Part shown: piece after piece, positions 57,353 to 64,000 of the stretch
How positions within the stretch are numbered: position 1 is the first letter of the stretch
Layout of the letters: each line of letters begins with the position of its first letter
Assembly: GCA_964016885.1 (NCBI GenBank)
Contig: OZ024743.1
Location: 24,862,001-24,926,000, forward strand
Source: Eledone cirrhosa
Taxonomy: Eukaryota
Length of the DNA stretch: 64,000 bases
Direction of reading: 5' to 3'
Translations under genes and position numbers: made by a program
The notes under the pieces: model-generated
Database searches by the model: none
What the model was told of the DNA's origin: nothing
Seen by the model: the letters and a program-made list of their open reading frames with translations, nothing else

Positions 57353-57556
57353 TCGAAATATAATACGTGAATGTAATAGGTAAAATCCATGGGGCTGAAA
57401 ATCGAGACCCGAGGGCGACCGCTATTCTGTTCCTTCAACCTCAGCCGGACTCCAGGGCGACCGGCTGAGGTTGAAGGAACAGAATAGCGGTCGCCCTCGG
57501 GTCTCGATTTTCAGCCCCATGGATTTTACCTATTACATTCACGTATTATATTTCGA

Positions 57557-57614
57557 ATACCTGATGATATCACCGGATTCATACGGAACCCGGTCATTGA
57601 AATGATCATAGTAT
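57557..57614 (+). ncRNA. Type-I hammerhead ribozyme motif
   Basis: AUAC-CUGAUGA-uauc ACCGG auucauacggaac CCGGU cauu-GAAA-UGAUCA-UA-GUAU: stem I AUAC/GUAU, palindromic stem III AUGAUCAU, AUA cleavage triplet. Confidence 0.75.
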
Positions 57615-57662
57615 AATAAACCTTTCAAGGATTTACACAAATCCAGCCTCCTGTCATTTCAT

Positions 57663-57771
<109 letters not shown>

Positions 57772-57840
57772 TATATATATGCATATATATTTTTTACATA
57801 GATGTATATACATATATATAAATAATATATATAAGATAAA

Positions 57841-58002
57841 CAGTGAAATTCCATTATAACGAAATTCATAAGGTATGAAAAAAGTTCGTTTAACGAAAAA
57901 TTCTTTATAACGAGATCGACCGAAACAATCGAGCGTATCTCGGGAATTAAAAAAATTCTGAAACATTCTTTAAAGGTATTCATTATAATGTAATTTTATC
58001 TG
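57841..58002. mobile_element. pogo/Tigger-like MITE
   Basis: Imperfect TIRs CAGTGAAATTCCATTATAACGAA and (reverse complement) CAGATAAAATTACATTATAATGAA. Confidence 0.55.
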
Positions 58003-58008
58003 GATGTA

Positions 58009-58056
<48 letters not shown>

Positions 58057-58088
58057 TGTGTGTGTGCATATGTATACACTTGCATGCA

Positions 58089-58170
<82 letters not shown>

Positions 58171-58261
58171 TTGTGCATAAATGTGTGTCTATGTATGTAT
58201 TTCAACAAGAAGAGTAATAAATCAAAAAAGATATGATTGATTTTCTTAATTACATTTAATG

Positions 58262-58320
<59 letters not shown>

Positions 58321-58325
58321 ATTAC

Positions 58326-58380
<55 letters not shown>

Positions 58381-58454
58381 TTACATTACATATATATATA
58401 TATTTAATATAATATATATATATATATAGTACATTAAATATATATATATATATG

Positions 58455-58516
58455 AAAATGTATGACCCCGACGGCAGAGCTCAAGCCGTTTCGACGGCTA
58501 TTTCTGGACACACACA

Positions 58517-58576
<60 letters not shown>

Positions 58577-58828
58577 TACATACAGATAAAATTCCGTTAT
58601 AATGAATACCTTTAAAGAATGTTTCAGAATTTGTTTAATCCCCGAGTTACGCTCGATTGTTTCGGTCGATCTCGTTATAAAGAATTTTAGTCCAGAAATA
58701 GCCGTCGAAACGGCTTGAGCTCTGCCGTCGGGGTCATACTTTTTTCTATTTCCCACTCTACTACCCTAAGTATTGAGGAGTGCTCTGGTGCGTTATGGTC
58801 GATCTGGTTCCTTACCACAATTCCTTTG

Positions 58829-58831
<3 letters not shown>
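58455..58831. mobile_element. Fold-back element family A with ~180-bp filler at its centre
   Basis: Short arm 58455-58509 is the reverse complement of 58690-58744 (1 mismatch). The long arm continues to (TA)n at 58831. Confidence 0.75.
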
Positions 58832-58872
<41 letters not shown>

Positions 58873-58876
<4 letters not shown>

Positions 58877-59110
58877 CTCTGTATATCTACAAGCAAATTT
58901 TCCCCCTTTCTATATCTACTACACGGAACTCTCTTCCAACACACCTCTCTATATTAATAAACATCAATCTCTCCCCTTCTCTATATCTACCATAAAACAT
59001 GCTCTCCCAATCCTCCTCTCTATATCAATTATCACCAAACTCTCCCCCCCCCTCTCTATATCTACCATACAACACTCTCTTCTAATCACCCTCTCTATAT
59101 CAATTACCAC
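58873..59110 (+). repeat. ~7 diverged 31-40-bp repeats upstream of the LINE
   Basis: Recurrent core CCTCTCTATATC(TAC/AAT). Confidence 0.7.
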
Positions 59111-59311
59111 TTGATATAGACGTGAATTACTTCGCTCCGGATTTTTACGGATTATTGTAAAAAAAACTGAGAGTTCATTGCTCAATTTAATAGCATTGTT
59201 TAGTTTAACCCCTTGCCTGGGCCTTCAGACGTTGAGTAAACTAATTTTCGCCCCTTTCTGGGGCGAAATTTTCATTTTCATCTCAAAACTGTGTAGACTT
59301 GGTAGTCAGCA

Positions 59312-61087
59312 ATGGATGCCATTTCCACCTCGCACACTGTCGTGAGTGCCACGCCCACTAAGAAAAGTGGTGCAGGGAAGGTAGGAGTACAAAGCTTGCA
59401 GCCTTCCCCCCTCGCATTATCGAAAAACGTTGAAAATATTGAAACCACGAAACCAAACCCGGTAAATAATACCAGCATCAACAACAAGAACAATGACAAT
59501 AACACCACAACCAACAACTGCAACAATAGCAACACCAAGGAAAACATGAACAATATTACCAACAGTGACAACAACACCAGCAACAAAAAAGACAACAACA
59601 CCAAAACAACATTCGCACAGACTGTAAAAAAAAAAGAACTATACACGCCAATAGACATAACAAATGCTAAACAACTATTACAAGACGCAAAACAATTCGT
59701 GACTTTTGGCGAAAACGGTGCTTTTAGCATCAATTCTCCACAGGAATTACGTAGAGACGCTGTCCTGGACAATATCGAACGAAACAAGAAAACCAGCTCA
59801 ATTATCACAAAATGAAATTGAGATGGTTCTAAAAGATGCAATGCAGGACATAACCTTCATACAAAAAGGTAAACTGTTTGGTAGCATTTCGGTGCTAATG
59901 AACAACCAGTCAACAGCACAAAAGTACTCGGTATCACCCATTGTGTCCCCCCCGCTTCACCTTTTTCCCCACATACAGGGGAAAAGGGACACAAAGAATA
60001 AAAATAATGAGTATCACACCAAATGTAAATATTTGGTGGATACTATGTGGAATCATTGACTTTGATGAAGACAGGACAATTTTAATAGGAAAGTCCTCCG
60101 GAGGTGTATTTGGTGGGACCAGCGTAGAAGTTCTGGTGCAAATGAGCCCAGAACGAATAGCGAATATCCCACAACGCGTGCCTCTGGACGGGCTAACTTA
60201 TATAAACATTTCAGTGGAGGGAAAGTGGCTGTCATGTTACCACTGCTTAAGCAGGGGTCACCTGAGGGCTGCCTGTCCTCAATTAACGAGTAAAAAAAAA
60301 GAGGCTCTTCTGCCAACCCCGAACACAACAACACAACCACCACCACCACCACCGCCACAACAACAACAACAACAACCACGGCAACACGGAAAAATAACAA
60401 CACAAAACACTGTTCCACCCAACCCCTCCCCACCTAAAACAAATACAAAAGCAACCACAACAAAACCCCAAAATATACCCCTCCCCAACAACACGGAAGA
60501 GGACTCCGTATCAACGTCACCCAGTGACGACGAGGGAGAACCCTTTCAACAGGTGAAAAAAAAAAAGGCACCACATTAACAAAAAAACACACAACCACCA
60601 GCACAAACAGAACAAACATCACAAACAAAAAAACCCACCCCTCCCCAAAACATAACACATACTACAAAACGCAAACACGCACAAGAACAACAAACAAAAA
60701 CAAACACAACACAACAAAAACTCTATACATACATTAACAAGAACAATAAAACGTTGATGAAAGCAATAGAAAATAACCCTTCGGTGGAAACCGAAGGGAT
60801 CACTTTCACCTACGCAGCGAATGATGATTAGGGTCCCAACGGAAACCTATGTAACTTTGAAAAAGAACCATCCAATGCATGTGAGGACCAACTGCACCAA
60901 ACCACTTAACCACGTCCTATTGAGATGTTTCCCCACCCTCACACCAGACACCCACACCCAACCAAACACCCTAATCCCACCACACACTGATGTCCTCACC
61001 CCACCACAAACCACCACCCCACCAAACAACCCTTCCAACACCCCCATGGAAATTGTGCAGCCTGGTCCCCAGGAGACGAAGAGGTGA
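59312..61087 (+). pseudogene. Tx1/L1-clade LINE ORF1 (frameshifted)
   Basis: Overlapping ORFs 59312-59815, 59706-60059, 59941-60579 and 60821-61087. TFAQTVKK motif and gag-type knuckle CYHCLSRGHLRAAC. Lies directly upstream of ORF2. Confidence 0.75.
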
Positions 61088-61129
61088 GTAATTTCCTTTC
61101 CTCTTCCTTTTTACCTCTTCAGCACCAAC

Positions 61130-64000
61130 ATGGCCAATATAAGAGTTGGATGTGTGAATTCACGCGGCTTGGGGATGTCCTGGAAACAGGGCAAACTCTT
61201 AAATGACCTCAGGTCGCACAGAGTGGATGTAATGGTTATTTGCAAGTCCAAGATCAGCAGCGAGCGCCAACTGGCCCCCATCTTCGACGACTTTGAGATC
61301 TACGCATCTCTCTGTCAGCCGAGGGGTGGGGGTGGGGTTGTTGTTCTGCTGCGAAAATACCTGGGTCTTGCCACACAGAAGGTGCACCTGGACCCGGAGG
61401 GTCGAAGGTGGTTTTAGACGTCGGTAGTGGTGAAGGTGGAGCTTTCAGGCTGGTGGCAGCGTATGCCCCATCTGGGACACTGCGACCGGACTTCTTCCGA
61501 CGCCTGGAGAATTTCCTGGGAACGTCTCGCTCCTTGCTTTTAGTGGGGGACTGGAATGGTATCATGGATGCACGTTGGGACTATGTAGGGACATGTCCCG
61601 ATAGAGGGGGGTGTAACAGCCTCAAACGATTAATCGGCCGATTTGATCTGGCCGATAGATATCGACTAGATTTTCCGACTGTACCACGGTGGACGTGGAG
61701 TAATCGCAGCGGAACATCTAGGTCGTACCTAGATAGGTTCCTAGTTAGAAATAAGGATAGGGACATATTAAGCTGTCCGCGAATGTTCATGGTTGACTAT
61801 TCGGATCACAAGTTGGTGACCGGAGTGGTCAACCTTGATAGAACTCATAGACAGGGACCCGGTTACTGAAAGCTAAACTTGTCTTTACCGACAAACAAAG
61901 CTTACAGTAAGCGGATTAGTACACTAGTTAAGAAGCGTTTGACGGGGTCAATTGTCAACAACAGGTGGTGGGGCTCTCTCAAGAGAGAAATTAGAATAGA
62001 ATCGATAGGTTTTAGTCGGGAATTAGCATCAGATAGGAATAGAACTGAAAGGGAATTAACAAATAGAGTAGAAGAGGCGATTAGGAGTGGCAACGTGGCC
62101 GGCGTGCTGGCATCAAGAACGGCCCTAGACCAGTTCTTTGATGCGAAGCACGAGGGCTGCGTTGTCAGGAGTAAAATACGTGCTCTGGGTAACGAGGGAG
62201 CCACAGCTGTTAGCTGGGCCCGAGTGACAGAGGCAAAAAGTGGAAACAAGTCCTCGATTCGGTCTTTGAAGGACCAGGATGGACGCGTGATCCTTGAACC
62301 TGAGCGGATGAGCGCGGCCTTTCAACGGCTCTTTGCACGACTGTTCGGGAGGGGCGGCGGGCCGGGTGGGGCCATGGATTTCGGTCCATACCTCGACGCT
62401 CTGGCGCGGCTCTCGGACGGGGAGGCGAAGTCCTGCGAGAGGCCGATTTCAGCCGCTGAAATAGGGGAAGCGCTGTGCCAATGCGGCAAACGCAAATCTC
62501 CGGGTTTCGATGGTCTACCATACGAACTTTATGTAGCGATGCCGGGCTTGTTCTCCGGTCTCCTCGAGGCGGTCTACTGCAACTGGCAACAGAACGGGAG
62601 AATTCCCAGTTCTGTGACCAAGGGAGTAGTCATGCTGGTGAGGAAGGACGAGAACAAGGGGGATGACATAGATAACTTCAGGCCCATAACTCTGCTAAAC
62701 ACAGAGTTAAAGATTTTGGCCAAGGTGTTAGCGAAGAGGTTGGCGCTTGTCGTCGGGAACCTGGTGGGAGAAGCGCAGACATGCGCAATCCCGTCCAGGT
62801 CCATACACGACAACCTCCACCTCATGCGATACATCGTAGAGAGGGTAGGGAACGAACCCGGCTTTGGTGGGGCCCTGATCAACTTGGATCAATCTAAGGC
62901 GTTCGATAGGGTCGACCATCGGTACCTGGATGCGGTGCTCGCGGCGGCAGGCTTCGGACCCGTTTTCAGGGGCTGGATTGCTGCAATGTACAGCAGCAAC
63001 ACCTGCTCGAGGGTCAAGGTGAACGGCTACCTCTCGGAGCCGTTCCAAATCACGCGATCCATTCGACAGGGATGCCCTCTCTCCTCCCTCCTGTATGTGC
63101 TGGCTCTCGAGCCACTACTTCGGAAGCTGGAGCTGTTGCAGGGCATCCCCTTGGAACCGGGAATGCGGAAAGCGATGTCGGCCTACGCCGATGACGTGAC
63201 AGTAATGGTGTCGTGCGCCTCGGAAATCGGGCAGATCGGCACCTTACTGGAGGAATATGAAAGATTCACAGGAGCCAAGCTGAACCGGGACAAGTCCGTC
63301 GGTTTGCAACTCGGGACGTGGAGGGGCAAAACGATGCCCTCCGACGGCATCGTCGGAAGCTGGACGGAGGGACCGGTGAAGCTGCTCAGGATCTGGTTCG
63401 AACCGGACCTCCAGGTGGAGAAAAACTGGGACGAGGTAACGGGCAAGATGTTTGTACTCGCCCAGAAGTGGGCCGAGTGCAAACTATCCCTGACAGGTCG
63501 AGCGGAGGTGGCGAACGCTTATATAGCGTCCGTCATCTACTACCGCTTGACCGTCGTGCCTTGCCCAGAGAAAACACTCGCCAAAATGGAGCGCGCGCTC
63601 TTCCGATTTCTTTGGAAGAAGCGGGCTCCTTTGGTGAGAAGATCCATCTGCTGTCAACACTCTTCGAACGGAGGGCTGGGGATGCCGTGGCTGACGATGC
63701 GTAGACACGCATTCAGACTACGGAACCTCCAGATATTCCTCACCGGTGAGCCGGTGTGGGCCCTGTTTGTGAGGCGAGCCTTTCCGAGACTCGTCTCACT
63801 CACCGAGCTGCAATCCTGGGTCAAGCAAAGACCGAGAAAAGTGGGCGACTGGCACATTGAATGTGCCCATGCGCTCACGGCCCTCTGGCAAGCGGATCCG
63901 GCAATCAGTGGAGACTCAACCTCAACATTCTATAGAGGGTTGGTGCGCAGTAAGTGCGACGACGCTCTCGGAGAGGCTCTGGGCATGGAGGAAGACGAGC
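61130..64000 (+). pseudogene. Tx1/L1-clade LINE ORF2 (APE endonuclease + reverse transcriptase), truncated by the window end
   Basis: APE motifs VNSRGL, YAP, VGDWN, SYLDRF, SDHK. Frameshift near 61408 and TGA at 61867 within GPGY(W)KLN. Then open to the end with KSPGFDGLPYELY, NFRPITLLN, DQSKAFDRVDH, RQGCPLS and YADD (63184-63195). Confidence 0.93.

Noticed and set aside
61902-63878. Short antisense and alternate-frame ORFs over the LINE
   Set aside because: These are shadow ORFs of the GC-rich ORF2 reading frame.

Overview
AT-rich, repeat-dominated animal genomic DNA, most likely an octopod cephalopod (inferred from recalled resemblance of the abundant tRNA-derived SINE to Octopus SINEs; not database-checked). 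No intact host protein-coding gene can be supported. Bases 1-16085 are a 60-bp satellite with layered higher-order structure. The rest is microsatellites plus decayed mobile elements: many tRNA-SINEs, non-autonomous Helitrons, MITEs, CRE, R4/Dong and RTE fragments, a Penelope-like element (PLE) with a GIY-YIG remnant, and a Tx1/L1-clade LINE running off the right end. The most striking signal is seven short asymmetric fold-back (palindromic) insertions from four sequence families, each embedded in (TA)n. Two carry complete type-I hammerhead ribozyme cores on both strands, and three more hammerheads sit in PLE-type 3' ends. Their junctions suggest a (TA)n-targeted, ribozyme-bearing retroelement system whose cDNA snaps back on itself during integration. 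Most listed ORFs are artefacts of stop-free repeats.
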